A DNA stretch of 64,000 bases from Sedimenticolaceae bacterium (GCA_050295355.1 JBNKPL010000002.1:1353-65352), one strand, 5' to 3'; shown: positions 1 to 12,367, numbered from the stretch's first letter. Translations and numbers: made by a program. Notes: generated from the sequence alone by a model not told the origin.

Positions 1-123
1 GGCTTCGCTGTATAATCTGCTGGCGCTCCAGTCCTTGGTCAGGTCAATCTCGTCCGGCAGGATGCCGCAGGCGGAGAGGGTAAACAGCAGGATCAGATAG
101 GGCAGCAGACGAAAAGCGGTCAT
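1..123 (-). CDS. bamD: Outer-membrane assembly lipoprotein BamD, N-terminal 41 codons only (the gene runs off the window start)
   Basis: My translation from the ATG at 123 is MTAFRLLPYLILLFTLSACGILPDEIDLTKDWSASRLYSEA. It has the lipobox LSAC. The gene is divergent from rluD, as in the E. coli bamD-rluD-yfiH-clpB arrangement. Confidence 0.6.
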   Translation of the reverse strand, partial: MTAFRLLPYLILLFTLSACGILPDEIDLTKDWSASRLYSEA

Positions 124-189
124 GGCGTTGTGTTATGGCTCAGATTATCCAAAGAAAACGAAGTATAACTTAGTCGCAATGATTGAACT

Positions 190-1149
190 ATGAGTTCCCA
201 AGACCAGGAATTATCCGCCGTTATCGGCGCCGAACATGCGGGAAAGCGCCTGGATCAGGTGCTGGCGCTGCTTTTTTCCGACTACTCCCGCAGCCGCTTG
301 CAGGAGTGGGTCAAGCTGGGCCGGGTGACGGTGGACGGAAAGGTTCCGCGTTCCAAGGATAAGGTGCTGGGCGGCGAGGTGGTGAAACTGTCGGTCACCC
401 TCGACGAGCCGCTCACGGACCGGCCGCAGCCCATCCCCCTGGACCTGCTCTACGAGGACGAAGAGCTGCTGGTGATCAACAAGCCGGCCGGGATGGTGGT
501 GCACCCCGCCGCAGGCAATCCCGACGGAACCCTGCTCAACGCCCTGCTCAGCCATGATGAGCAGGCGGCGCAACTGCCGCGGGCGGGGATCGTGCATCGG
601 CTGGACAAGGAGACCAGCGGTATCCTGGTGGTGGCGCGCACCCTGAAGGCGCACAAATCCCTGGTGGATCAGTTGCAGGCGCGCAGCATGAAACGGGAGT
701 ACCGGGCGATCGTGCAGGGGGTGATGACCGCGGGCGGCACCGTGGATGAACCCATCGGCCGCCATCCCACCCAGCGTACCCGCATGGCGGTCATCAACAA
801 CGGCAAGCCCGCCGTGACCCACTACCGGGTGCTGGAGCGGTTCCGTGCCCACAGCTATCTGCAGGTCAACCTGGAGACGGGGCGCACCCACCAGATCCGC
901 GTCCATATGGCCCACATCCGCTATCCGCTGCTGGGTGATCCGGTCTATGGCGGCCGGTTGCGCATGCCGGCGGGTATCGGCGAGCCGCTGCAACAGGCCC
1001 TGCGCGGCTTTTGCCGCCAGGCGTTGCACGCCCGGGTGCTGGGCCTGGAACACCCAGTCACGGGGGAGTGGATGGAGTGGGAAGTGGATATCCCGGAGGA
1101 TATGCAGGGGATGCTGGAGCTGCTGCGCGAGGATGCACGTGGGGCCTGA
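190..1149 (+). CDS. rluD: 23S rRNA pseudouridine synthase RluD (RluA family)
   Basis: 319-aa ORF with an S4-like N-terminus and the catalytic HRLDKETSG motif, plus GRTHQIRVH. The synteny is conserved. Confidence 0.95.
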   Translation: MSSQDQELSAVIGAEHAGKRLDQVLALLFSDYSRSRLQEWVKLGRVTVDGKVPRSKDKVLGGEVVKLSVTLDEPLTDRPQPIPLDLLYEDEELLVINKPAGMVVHPAAGNPDGTLLNALLSHDEQAAQLPRAGIVHRLDKETSGILVVARTLKAHKSLVDQLQARSMKREYRAIVQGVMTAGGTVDEPIGRHPTQRTRMAVINNGKPAVTHYRVLERFRAHSYLQVNLETGRTHQIRVHMAHIRYPLLGDPVYGGRLRMPAGIGEPLQQALRGFCRQALHARVLGLEHPVTGEWMEWEVDIPEDMQGMLELLREDARGA

Positions 1150-1894
1150 CAGAAACGGGTTGGAGTGGATCGAGCCCGATTGGCCCGCACCCGCCCGGGT
1201 GCGCGCCGTGATCACCACTCGAAGGGGCGGGGCGAGTGCCGCGCCCTACGACAGCTTCAACCTGGCGGACCATGTGGGGGATGCCCCGGACGCGGTGCAT
1301 CGTAACCGGGAACGGCTGCGGGAGGGCCTCGGACTGCCCTCAGCGCCTCACTGGCTGGAGCAGGTGCATGGCTGCGATGTGGCGGAGGCGGACGGACGGG
1401 AGGATCTCTGCCGGGCCGATGCGGCCACGGCAACCCGGCCGGGCCGGGTATGCGCGGTGCTGACCGCGGACTGCCTGCCCCTGCTGATTTGCAACCGCAG
1501 GGGCAGCCGGGTGGCGGCGGTCCATGCGGGCTGGCGCGGGCTGGCGGCGGGTGTGATTGAGGCTACCCTGGAGACATTCGAGGACGCCCCCTCGGATCTG
1601 CTGGTATGGCTGGGTCCCGCCATCGGCCCCGCTGCCTTCGAGGTGGGGCCGGAGGTGCGGGAGGCGTTTCTTGCCATCCATGCCGCTGACGAAGCCTGCT
1701 TTGCGCCCAACCGCCCCGGTCACTGGCTGGCGGATATCTACCAGCTGGCCCGCAACCGTTTGCAGCGGCTTGGGGTAGGGTATGTGGGGGGCGGTGATTA
1801 CTGTACAGTATCCGAGCCGGAACGCTTTTTCTCCTACCGGCGGGACGGGATCACGGGACGCATGGCGTCCCTGATCTGGATGGATGATATATAG
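1133..1894 (+). CDS. pgeF: Peptidoglycan editing factor / purine nucleoside phosphorylase YfiH (PgeF, DUF152)
   Basis: The C-terminal 254 aa of ORF 845..1894 align by eye to E. coli YfiH (RRGGAS..PYDSFNL, CAVLTADCLP, AAVHAGWRGL, FFSYRRD..TGRMASLIW). The start is uncertain: ATG 1133 overlaps the rluD end, and GTG 1139 or TTG about 1160 are also possible. Confidence 0.85.
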   Translation: MHVGPDRNGLEWIEPDWPAPARVRAVITTRRGGASAAPYDSFNLADHVGDAPDAVHRNRERLREGLGLPSAPHWLEQVHGCDVAEADGREDLCRADAATATRPGRVCAVLTADCLPLLICNRRGSRVAAVHAGWRGLAAGVIEATLETFEDAPSDLLVWLGPAIGPAAFEVGPEVREAFLAIHAADEACFAPNRPGHWLADIYQLARNRLQRLGVGYVGGGDYCTVSEPERFFSYRRDGITGRMASLIWMDDI

Positions 1895-2040
1895 CCACAG
1901 AGGCTCAGAGATCACAGAGAATTACTGACGTTTTGGTTTGGTTGTACTGAGTGAATAATTGCCCGCCTTGGCTACGGAATTGAATGTGCAAGTGGGTCTA
2001 TTGAAAAACAAAACCTCTGTGCTCTCTGTGCCTCTGTGGC
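1894..2040. repeat. REP-like inverted-repeat element, copy A (27-bp arms, about 93-bp spacer)
   Basis: Left arm gccacagaggctcagagatcacagaga. Right arm cctctgtgctctctgtgcctctgtggc, which is the reverse complement type. The element abuts the pgeF stop codon. Confidence 0.8.
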
Positions 2041-2097
2041 AAAACCTTGTTTGATCATCCACCGAAGCTGGAAAAATGTCCGGACTGAGGATAGGCA

Positions 2098-2613
2098 ATG
2101 ATGAATAACTGGAAAATGTTGACCCTGGTGGGCGGCGACCGCCCCGGGATCGTGGCCGGGGTGACCGACGCCCTGTTCCAGAACGGCTGGAATTTGGGCG
2201 AGGCGTCCATGATCCGCCTGGGCGGGAACTTCACCATCATGATGATGGTGGCGGGCGAGGGCGATGTGGAGGCGGTGCTCAAACCGGTCACGGAAAAACT
2301 CGGCCTGCGGCTGCATGTGGACCCCATTGAGGGGGGGCTGCACCGTCATGTGATTCCCAATATCCTGGTGCGGGTGGTTGGCGCGGACCGGGCGGGCATC
2401 GTGGCCCAGGTGACCGGCGTGCTGGCGGCGCAGGGACTCAATATCCTGGAGCTGGAGTCGGATGTGGCGGGTTCGGAGGAGCAGCCGGTCTATATCATGA
2501 ATATCCAGGGCTACACTGAAGCCAGCGTCGAGTCACTACAGGCCGCGGTCAAGGGACTGGGTGAGCAGGGCGTGGATGTCCAGGTAGCGGCCGTTGAAAC
2601 CCTGATCGGCTGA
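2098..2613 (+). CDS. Tandem ACT-domain protein (GcvR-like amino-acid-binding regulatory protein)
   Basis: 171 aa with two ACT-like repeats (LTLVGGDRPGIVAGVT and VRVVGADRAGIVAQVT). GAGGA Shine-Dalgarno sequence 7 nt upstream of the ATG. Confidence 0.7.
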   Translation: MMNNWKMLTLVGGDRPGIVAGVTDALFQNGWNLGEASMIRLGGNFTIMMMVAGEGDVEAVLKPVTEKLGLRLHVDPIEGGLHRHVIPNILVRVVGADRAGIVAQVTGVLAAQGLNILELESDVAGSEEQPVYIMNIQGYTEASVESLQAAVKGLGEQGVDVQVAAVETLIG

Positions 2614-2616
2614 CGA

Positions 2617-3132
2617 ATGGCGGTTCTGGATATACTGAAAATACCGGACGAGCGCCTGAAACAGGAGTCCGAGCCGGTCGAGCGCTTCGACGACGAACTG
2701 CGGGCCTTTATCGACGATCTGGAGGAGACGCGCCAGGCGGGTCCGGGCGCGGTGGGTATCGCCGCACCCCAGGTGGGACGGTTTCAGCGCATCGTCATCA
2801 TCGATGTCTCCGATACGAAAAAGCCGGTCCCCAACCACGGCTATATGGTGCTGGTGAATCCCGAGATCACCGAGTGGGAAGGTTTTGAGATGGGGCGCGA
2901 GGGGTGCCTGTCGGTGCCGGACTACACGGGCAACGTGATCCGCGCCACCCATATCAAGCTCAAGGCCCAGGACCCTCACGGTAATCCGCTGGAGTACGAG
3001 ATGGAGGGCTTTGAGGCGCGGGCGGTGCAGCACGAGCTGGACCATCTGGACGGCATGCTTTTCATCGACCGGGTGGTGAGCCGCCGCACCGACCTGTTTC
3101 AGCGCAAGGTCTACCAGAAGGGCAAGAGATAG
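2617..3132 (+). CDS. def: Peptide deformylase
   Basis: All three deformylase motifs are present: GIAAPQVG, EGCLSVP, HELDHLDG. Confidence 0.93.
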   Translation: MAVLDILKIPDERLKQESEPVERFDDELRAFIDDLEETRQAGPGAVGIAAPQVGRFQRIVIIDVSDTKKPVPNHGYMVLVNPEITEWEGFEMGREGCLSVPDYTGNVIRATHIKLKAQDPHGNPLEYEMEGFEARAVQHELDHLDGMLFIDRVVSRRTDLFQRKVYQKGKR

Positions 3133-3175
3133 TCGTGCGTTAAACGGTTTGTTAATGCACTTTACTTTGGAAGTA

Positions 3176-3245
3176 GCCACAGAGACCACTGAGGACACGG
3201 AGCTGGATAAGGGTAAACCCTCTGTGATCTCTGTGCCTCTGGGGC
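3176..3245. repeat. REP-like inverted-repeat element, copy B (hairpin form, 16-nt loop)
   Basis: gccacagagaccactgaggacacggag ... cctctgtgatctctgtgcctctggggc. Confidence 0.8.
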
Positions 3246-3292
3246 AAAAACAATCCCGCACCTACATCGAAAACACCTCCCGCCCCGGCTAT

Positions 3293-3323
3293 CCCTTGAT
3301 TTTTTCGAGGGTTTCCCTTATCT
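3293..3323 (+). promoter_or_regulatory. Candidate sigma-32 heat-shock promoter of clpB
   Basis: CCCTTGAT (-35; consensus CCCTTGAA), a 14-15 nt spacer, then CCTTATCT (-10; consensus CCCCATNT). It lies about 37 nt upstream of the clpB ATG, and the layout resembles E. coli dnaK P1. Confidence 0.45.
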
Positions 3324-3359
3324 GAAAGCTAGTTATAAAAGTTTTGGAGTCTCAATCCC

Positions 3360-5957
<2,598 letters not shown>

Positions 5958-5972
5958 GCCTTAAGATTTTTT

Positions 5973-6000
5973 GCCACAGAGGGCACAGAGATCACGGAGA
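5973..6000. repeat. REP-like arm, solo forward copy (locus C)
   Basis: gccacagagggcacagagatcacggaga directly after the clpB stop. There is no adjacent reverse arm within 90 bp. Confidence 0.7.
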
Positions 6001-6091
6001 ACGACTACTCTGGTATCTGCGTACAGGTTCAACGGGTGGGAGCCGCGATCCCGCGGTGATGGGCGGCCGATGTCAGGTTAAGGATTGATTT

Positions 6092-6166
6092 ACCACGGAG
6101 GTCACAGGGGAGCACAGGGCTGAATAACGGTTATCAAACCTCTGTGTACTCTGTGATCTCTGTGGC
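6092..6166. repeat. REP-like inverted-repeat element (locus C, hairpin form)
   Basis: Degenerate forward arm accacggaggtcacaggggagcacaggg, 19 nt, then reverse arm cctctgtgtactctgtgatctctgtggc. Confidence 0.75.
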
Positions 6167-6189
6167 TAAAGAAAATTACGTCCTCCGCG

Positions 6190-6441
6190 CTATTTTTCGT
6201 CCCTTTCTGGGGTCGCAGGAGTTGGCTGCGCCACCGCTTCGGTTTTCTGGTCTGAGGCAGCCTCAGCCTGGCTGGCCGCCTCCTTTTTCAGCCGCTCCGC
6301 TTTCTGCTGCTCCACCAGCTCGATGTACTCCTTGGGGGTCAGGTTGACGGCCTTTTCCGGCCTCTCCTCCGCCGCGAAGTAGGCGTAGATGACCACCCCC
6401 ACCAGCACGGGAAAGATGATGAAGAAGGGTTTGATCTTCAT
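6190..6441 (-). CDS. Small membrane-anchored hypothetical protein (83 aa)
   Basis: ATG start, one N-terminal TM helix (FFIIFPVLVGVVIYAYF) and a charged, low-complexity tail. I recognise no family. Confidence 0.5.
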   Translation of the reverse strand: MKIKPFFIIFPVLVGVVIYAYFAAEERPEKAVNLTPKEYIELVEQQKAERLKKEAASQAEAASDQKTEAVAQPTPATPERDEK

Positions 6442-6479
6442 GCCCGCTCCCTTTGAAAGACCTTGCGGCCGCTACGGAG

Positions 6480-7142
6480 TCAATCGGCGCCCCTTAAACT
6501 AATAATAGGCCATCCTTTGGCCGCGGCATGGGTGGATAACGGTTCGTCCGGGTCCACGGCCGTTGGCTTGCTTACCAACTCCAGCAGAGGGATGTCGTTG
6601 TGGGAGTCGCTGTAGAAGCTGCTGCCGTCCAGGGTTTCGCCATGCTCCTGCAGCCAGGCGTTGAGCCGCTTGACCTTGCCTTCGCGGTAGCTGGGTTCCC
6701 CTGAAACCTCGCCCGTATAGCGCCCGCCGATCCGTTCCGGGACGGTGGCGATCAGGTGTTCGATACCCAGCCGTTCGGCGATGGGGGCGGTCACGAAGGC
6801 GTTGGTGGCGGTGATGATCATAAGGGTATCCCCCGCCTCGCGGTGGCGGCGGATCAGCTCCCGGCCGGCGGGCAGGATGATGGGATCGATCTTCTCCGCC
6901 AGATACTCTTCTCTCAACTGCTCCAGCCGTGCGGGTTCGTTGTCCCGCAGGGGTCTGAGGGCGAAGCGCAGGAACTCGAAGATATCGAGGGTGCCCTCTC
7001 CGTATTCGCGGTAGAAACGGTCGTTTTCCCGCCTGTAGAGCTCTCCGTCCACGATGCCCCGTTCCACCAGGAACTGTCCCCACAGATAGTCGGAATCACC
7101 CCCCAGAAGGGTGTTATCGAGATCGAAGATGGCCAGGGACAA
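6480..7142 (-). CDS. HAD-IB family hydrolase (phosphoserine-phosphatase-like)
   Basis: DxD motif FDLDNTLL at residues 6-13; IITATN; [13 protein letters not shown] start. It is divergent from rppH, as I recall for pseudomonads. Confidence 0.85.
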   Translation of the reverse strand: MSLAIFDLDNTLLGGDSDYLWGQFLVERGIVDGELYRRENDRFYREYGEGTLDIFEFLRFALRPLRDNEPARLEQLREEYLAEKIDPIILPAGRELIRRHREAGDTLMIITATNAFVTAPIAERLGIEHLIATVPERIGGRYTGEVSGEPSYREGKVKRLNAWLQEHGETLDGSSFYSDSHNDIPLLELVSKPTAVDPDEPLSTHAAAKGWPIISLRGAD

Positions 7143-7284
7143 GGGGTACGCTCCCGCATTGGTTCAGAAGAAGGCGGAATTCTACCGCAGAAACGGCGGC
7201 AGCGCTGGGAATAGGACTATGGCTTGCCGGGGGTGGCTCGGATGTGGAAGAATCTGGGCAACTAGCTATTTTATTGGATCTGTT

Positions 7285-7809
7285 TTGATTGACTCGGAAG
7301 GCTTCCGGCCTAACGTCGGTATTATTCTCTGTAACCACCGGCGGCAGCTCTTTTGGGGCCGCCGGGTGGGTCAGAATGCCTGGCAGTTTCCCCAGGGCGG
7401 CATCAAGGAGCACGAGACTCCGGAGCAGGCCATGTACCGGGAGCTGGAGGAGGAGGTCGGCCTCAAGCCACATCAGGTAGAGCTGATCGGAAACACGGAG
7501 AAATGGCTTCGTTATCGCCTGCCCAAGCGCTATATCCGACGCCACTCCCAGCCGCTCTGCATTGGCCAGAAGCAGCGCTGGTTTTTGCTGCGGGTACTGT
7601 GTGATGAGTCCGATTTCTGTCTCGATAGCTCCGGCACCCCGGAGTTCGACCACTGGCGCTGGGTCAAATACTGGCAGCCGCTGAGGGAAGTGGTCTATTT
7701 CAAGCGCAATGTCTACACACGGGCGCTGAACGAACTGGCGCCGCTCCTTTTTCCCGAGGGGGCGCCGACCCGGGCGGGCGCCAACTATCTGCGCCAGAAT
7801 CGGCGCTGA
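7285..7809 (+). CDS. rppH: RNA pyrophosphohydrolase RppH (NudH)
   Basis: From TTG 7285 the product (M)[16 protein letters not shown]... aligns to the E. coli RppH N-terminus MIDDDGYRPNVGIVICN. Nudix box [23 protein letters not shown]. The longer ORF 7111.. is an upstream extension. Confidence 0.9.
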   Translation: MIDSEGFRPNVGIILCNHRRQLFWGRRVGQNAWQFPQGGIKEHETPEQAMYRELEEEVGLKPHQVELIGNTEKWLRYRLPKRYIRRHSQPLCIGQKQRWFLLRVLCDESDFCLDSSGTPEFDHWRWVKYWQPLREVVYFKRNVYTRALNELAPLLFPEGAPTRAGANYLRQNRR

Positions 7810-7944
7810 TAGAGAGTTCTTGGTGGGGCAGGGCCCCACCCTACATTCTCAACAGTAAATATACTCCGCGCCTCTGCGTCTCAGCGGTTCAAAAAGAACT
7901 CCGCACATTCATTGATGCCTGCTCCCAGGCGGAGAGGGGTCGCT

Positions 7945-8955
7945 CTACTCCCAGCGAAAGCTGTAAGCGGCGACGGCCATAAAGCCGATGGTCATGGCCA
8001 GCAGCGCCGCCAGATGGATGGTGACATCCCCCAGTCCCGCTCCGTCCAGCATGATGGCGCGGGCGGCGGTGGTGAAATGGGTAAGCGGCAGCATTTGGGC
8101 CAGTTGCTGCACGTAGGCGGGGGAGCCTTCCAGGGAGAACCACACCTCGGAGAGGAACAGCATGGGCAGGCTGATGAGGTTCAGCACACCGTTGGCCGCC
8201 TCCTGGTTGGACATGCGGGCGGCGATGATCAGACTCACGCTCACCATGCTCATGATGCCCATAATCAGCACCAGCAGCAGGGCCAGGTAGGAGCCGTTCA
8301 TCTGGAAGCCGATCAGCAGGTCGGTGCCGATGTAGATGGCGGTGGTGATGAGCACGATCAGCCACAGGCGGGAGACCACCTGCGCCGCCAGGAACTCGAA
8401 GGCGGAGAGGGGCGTGGCCTTGAGGCGGCGCAACACGCCGTGTTTGCGGTAACGCACGATGTTGTAGCCCACGCCGAACAGGGAGCTGAACATGATGTTC
8501 ATGCCGAACACCCCGGGGGCCACCCAGTCCACATAGCGGATCTCCTTGCCGCTCACCGCCTCTTTCTGCAGCGGGGTCTCCGACTCTTTGGATCGCAGTA
8601 GCCGTTCCAGAATATGGCCCTGGGCCGAGTCCTCGTTGATCCAGTAACGGTTCCGCGCGGTATCGATCAACATGCCCAGCTGGTGGTGTTTTACCTGGAT
8701 GATGGCGTCGTCCAGTGACCGGATCTCAAGGAAGCGGATGTGGCGGGTTTCGCTAAGACGCTCCATGACGGGGGATGCCTCGCTGTTGCCGTATACCCCG
8801 ACCGTGAACAGGTCGTCCTTATCCATGTTGAAGAAGAAGGCGAAGCCGATCACGATGGTGATGGGCAGGAATACGTTCCAGTATACCGAGGTGCGGTCGC
8901 GCAGGAACTCCAGGTTGCGGGCGCGGAGTACGGCGTAGAATCGTCTAAAACGCAT
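7945..8955 (-). CDS. ABC-2 type transporter permease
   Basis: 336 aa with an N-terminal TM segment, a large loop and five C-terminal TM segments, typical of ABC-2 exporters. It is adjacent to an ABC ATPase. Confidence 0.8.
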   Translation of the reverse strand: MRFRRFYAVLRARNLEFLRDRTSVYWNVFLPITIVIGFAFFFNMDKDDLFTVGVYGNSEASPVMERLSETRHIRFLEIRSLDDAIIQVKHHQLGMLIDTARNRYWINEDSAQGHILERLLRSKESETPLQKEAVSGKEIRYVDWVAPGVFGMNIMFSSLFGVGYNIVRYRKHGVLRRLKATPLSAFEFLAAQVVSRLWLIVLITTAIYIGTDLLIGFQMNGSYLALLLVLIMGIMSMVSVSLIIAARMSNQEAANGVLNLISLPMLFLSEVWFSLEGSPAYVQQLAQMLPLTHFTTAARAIMLDGAGLGDVTIHLAALLAMTIGFMAVAAYSFRWE

Positions 8956-8967
8956 GCGTCATATCCT

Positions 8968-9849
8968 TCAGGTACGCAGCTCGTGCCCGGTGAGTTGCAG
9001 GAACAGATCCTCCAGGGTGGGAGAGCGGATCTGCAAGTGGGTGAGGGGGATGCCGTTCTGGATCAACACCTGGATCGTGGCGTTCACATCGGTACTACTG
9101 ATCTCGACCTTGCCGTTTCGCGGATGCAGAGTGAGTTGCTCCAGCTGCCCGAGATCCGGGATATCTTCTAGGGGCAGCGATAGCACCGACTCATCGAAAT
9201 GTTTTTTCAGCAGCGCGCGCGGCGTGTCCTGGGCGATGATGCGGCCGTGATCCATGATGGCGATCTGGTCACACAGCTCGTAGGCCTCCTCCATGTAGTG
9301 GGTGGTGAGCACGATGGTCTTCCCTTCCGCCTTGATGCTGTGGATCAGGTCCCAGAAGTTGCGGCGGGATTGGGGGTCGAGGCCGGTGGTGGGTTCATCC
9401 AGAAACAGCACCTCCGGATCGTTGATCAGCGCGATGGCCAGCAGCAGCCGCTGGCGCTGACCGCCGGAAAGCTGATGGGTGTCACGCTCCAGGAATTCGG
9501 ACAGGGCGTTGCGCTCAATCAGCTCTTCCAGTGGGCGGGTGCGGGTGTAGAGGTTCCGGAACAGGTTTAGCGTCTCCCGCACGCTGATGAAATCCTGCAG
9601 CGCCGTGTTCTGGAACATGATGCCGGCGTTTTCCCGAAACGCGCTGCCCAACGGCGCGCCGCGGTAGAGCACCTCGCCCTCCGTGGGCTCAAGGATCCCC
9701 TCCATGATCTCCACGCTGGTGGTCTTGCCCGCGCCATTGGGTCCCAGCAGTCCGAAACAGACCCCCTCGGGGATGGATAAACTGACCCCATCCACCGCCT
9801 TCACCGAGCGGTAGTGTTTCTTCAGATTGCGCGTTTCCAGCAGGGGCAT
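8968..9849 (-). CDS. ABC transporter ATP-binding protein
   Basis: Walker A GPNGAGKTT, signature LSGGQRQR, Walker B LFLDEPTTGLD. The ORF track starts at TTG 9867. ATG 9849 (MPLLETRNL) is preferred. Confidence 0.9.
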   Translation of the reverse strand: MPLLETRNLKKHYRSVKAVDGVSLSIPEGVCFGLLGPNGAGKTTSVEIMEGILEPTEGEVLYRGAPLGSAFRENAGIMFQNTALQDFISVRETLNLFRNLYTRTRPLEELIERNALSEFLERDTHQLSGGQRQRLLLAIALINDPEVLFLDEPTTGLDPQSRRNFWDLIHSIKAEGKTIVLTTHYMEEAYELCDQIAIMDHGRIIAQDTPRALLKKHFDESVLSLPLEDIPDLGQLEQLTLHPRNGKVEISSTDVNATIQVLIQNGIPLTHLQIRSPTLEDLFLQLTGHELRT

Positions 9850-9905
9850 AAAGGGACGATCCGGCAAAAACCGGCATTTTAGCCTAATCGCGCGATCGGC
9901 GGGGA

Positions 9906-11822
9906 TTACCAGCCGCCGCCACCGCCGCCACCGCCGCCGCCTCCCGAGGAGCCGCCGCCACCGCCGCCGGAGGAGGAGCCGGGGGCGGTGGACGAGGAGG
10001 AGATGGCGGAACTCATGGCGCTCCCCACGGCGCTGCTGAAACCCGTAAGGTTGTTATGGTTCCAGCTGTGTCCGTGGTACCAGCGCGGCTGGTACTCTTC
10101 GGCGCCGGCGCGGCTGAGGACGTCGCTGAAACGCTCCGTCCAGGCCTGCTCCACGTCCAGCGCGATGGCGTAGGGCAGGTAGGCCTCGAACAGCTCCGGG
10201 GTCTTCTCTGGCGGGTTCCTGAAGTTCAGTTCCTCTCCCTCCGCCACGGAGAGAAAGAGACGAAAGCCTTCCACCTTGTCCAGAAGTTTGCGCCCCGCCA
10301 GGGTGGGGGCCTTGAGCCACTGGTAAAAGTAGAAGTTGATCAGCAGGACAACCAGGAATGTGGCCGGATAGACCAGGGAGACCTCTGAGACCAGCAATGC
10401 CAGGGCCCCGATCTCCGCTGCCACGAAGGGGATGGCGAACAGCGTGCCGCCCAGGGCGCCAAACAGGGAGCCGCCGCCGGCGACGACGCCCTTCCAGCTT
10501 TTGTAGGCATTGAGGACCAAGGCAAAGACACCGATGGTCCAGATGGTGAGCCACAGGGTGAAGAACAGGGCCACACCCTGCTGCTCTTCTCCCGGCAGCA
10601 TCAGGACGCTGGCCGCAATCACCATCACGGAGAGCAGGATGCCCGCGATCAGGTAACTGCTGTTGGTCTGAAAATAGACCTTTTCATAATCCCCCTTCAG
10701 GGAACGTTTGTGCACCTTCAGCGCCTTGCCGATCTTGGCGTGATTCACCTGCTTCAGGGTCACGCTACTCGCACCGCTGCCGAACAGGGCGCTGGCGATC
10801 GCCCCCTCTCCCATGGCTAGTTTGACGTTCTGGTTGCCGCTCTTCTCCAGGGTAAAGATGCCGCTGGCTGACTCCTTGATCTTCAGGTAACCCTTGACCG
10901 CCAGATTGACAATGGCCGCGGTGAAGGTCTTGTCGTCATACCCCATGCGGCGGATGAAACGCATGGCGGCGGGGGAGTAGTTTTTCGGGGGGGAGTAAAG
11001 GGGCACGATAATGCCGGTCTCCGGGTCGCGTCCCACCGCGCGCCACACCAGGAGGTAGTAAAGCAGCAGCAGTGCGCAGCCGCCGAACCCCGCCAGCGCG
11101 GTCTGGTTGTCCGCCAGGAACCAGTCGATCTGTTGCTCCCGGCTCGGTTCCGCCACATGGCCCTTGGGCCAGCCGACCACGATGGTGAGTCCCTCGCGGT
11201 TGCCCAGGGCGCGGGTGGTTGTGAAGCGGGCGCTCCCGTCGTAATCCACCGCTGCCTGGTAGGCGTTTCCGCGCGCCCCTTGCGGCCCGGTATAGGCCTC
11301 GGTGGTTATCTGCGCCGCTGGAACACCAGGGGGCAGGGTAACCCGGGCGCTGGCCTGCTGAATGGGGAACTCCCAGCCGTTGCCGGTCACGTTCCAGTAC
11401 AGTTCATCGTGGTCGTCGAAGAAGCCCAGTTGGCGGTTGGTGCGGTAGCGCAGGCTGTAGCTGTAGATGCCGTTCTTTAGAAAGACATTGCTGGCGCCTA
11501 CATAGACGCGGATGCCGTTACCCAGCGATTCCGTGTGATAGGGTTCGCTATGGCCGTCACGCTGTACCGAAAGCAGGTCGAACGCCACCCGGTAGCGGTT
11601 GTTGAAACGGTCTTTATAGGTGGTTGGGAAGTCACGGTAGATGCCGCGCTTGATGCGGTTGCCTTCGGCCTGGACCTGGATGGTCTCGGTTACGATCATG
11701 CTCCCATCATGCTGCACCTGGATGTCGCTGTGGTAGTCGAGAATCGCCTCGGCACCGAAGGCCGCGGAGGCGCCCGCGAATATCAGTACCAGACCAGACA
11801 GAAGGCGTGGAAAAAAGGTCAT
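9906..11822 (-). CDS. DUF2207-like membrane protein with a poly-Gly/Ser C-terminal tail
   Basis: Signal peptide, a roughly 230-aa extracytoplasmic domain, multiple TM segments and a terminal [21 protein letters not shown]. It overlaps the lemA stop by 4 nt, the classic LemA-DUF2207 pairing. Confidence 0.7.
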   Translation of the reverse strand: MTFFPRLLSGLVLIFAGASAAFGAEAILDYHSDIQVQHDGSMIVTETIQVQAEGNRIKRGIYRDFPTTYKDRFNNRYRVAFDLLSVQRDGHSEPYHTESLGNGIRVYVGASNVFLKNGIYSYSLRYRTNRQLGFFDDHDELYWNVTGNGWEFPIQQASARVTLPPGVPAAQITTEAYTGPQGARGNAYQAAVDYDGSARFTTTRALGNREGLTIVVGWPKGHVAEPSREQQIDWFLADNQTALAGFGGCALLLLYYLLVWRAVGRDPETGIIVPLYSPPKNYSPAAMRFIRRMGYDDKTFTAAIVNLAVKGYLKIKESASGIFTLEKSGNQNVKLAMGEGAIASALFGSGASSVTLKQVNHAKIGKALKVHKRSLKGDYEKVYFQTNSSYLIAGILLSVMVIAASVLMLPGEEQQGVALFFTLWLTIWTIGVFALVLNAYKSWKGVVAGGGSLFGALGGTLFAIPFVAAEIGALALLVSEVSLVYPATFLVVLLINFYFYQWLKAPTLAGRKLLDKVEGFRLFLSVAEGEELNFRNPPEKTPELFEAYLPYAIALDVEQAWTERFSDVLSRAGAEEYQPRWYHGHSWNHNNLTGFSSAVGSAMSSAISSSSTAPGSSSGGGGGGSSGGGGGGGGGGGW

Positions 11823-12367
11823 GAGGTGATCTCCGGCGGTGAGGCCTCGGTGGCGCTATGGAGCTGGAAAAACTCCGCCGGCCGGTAACGGAATAGGCGG
11901 GCGATCAGCAGGTCCGGGAAAGAGTCGATGCGAATGTTGAGATTGCGCACGGCGCCGTTGTAGTAACGGCGGGCGTACTGGATATGGTTTTCCACCTCGG
12001 TAAGCTGCCGTAACAGATTCAGGTATTGTTGATTGGCCTTCAGGTCGGGGTAGGCCTCCGCGATTGCGATCAGTTCGCGCATGCGCCCGCTCAACAGCTC
12101 CTCGGTGCGGCCTTTCTCGGCCGGCGTTCCGGTTTGGTCCGCATGGCTGCGCAGGCGGGTGATCTCATCCAGGGTGGTCTGTTCATAGTGGGCGTAGGCG
12201 TTTACCGCATCGATCAGTTTCGGTATCAGGTCGTGGCGCCGCTTGAGCTGCACGTCGATATCGCTCCACGCCGCCAGCACCCGGTTTTTGTCCCGCACCA
12301 GCCGGTTGTAGATTATGACCGCCCAGATCAACAGCAGACCGGACAGGCCCCAGAGAATCAATTCCAT
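11819..12367 (-). CDS. lemA: LemA family protein
   Basis: 182 aa with an N-terminal TM segment and YNRLV...[10 protein letters not shown]...YARRYYNG motifs typical of LemA. Confidence 0.85.
   Translation of the reverse strand: MELILWGLSGLLLIWAVIIYNRLVRDKNRVLAAWSDIDVQLKRRHDLIPKLIDAVNAYAHYEQTTLDEITRLRSHADQTGTPAEKGRTEELLSGRMRELIAIAEAYPDLKANQQYLNLLRQLTEVENHIQYARRYYNGAVRNLNIRIDSFPDLLIARLFRYRPAEFFQLHSATEASPPEITS

Noticed and set aside
845-1132. N-terminal extensions of ORFs in the track. Examples are pgeF from 845, rppH from 7111, DUF294 to 17876, trkA from 25330, rnfG to 36285, rnfA to 40116, metG to 43630, M16 from 49896, coaD from 53886, PP2C to 59877, PNPOx from 61385 and the DUF1289-like ORF from 62479.
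   Set aside because: The extensions overlap neighbouring genes or intergenic repeats, have non-protein-like composition, and precede N-termini that align to known homologues. Internal ATG, GTG or TTG codons with better context were chosen.
7822-7840. The hairpin GGTGGGGC-agg-GCCCCACC after rppH as a terminator.
   Set aside because: The stem is good, but there is no T tract on either side and the loop is only 3 nt. That is insufficient for an intrinsic-terminator call.
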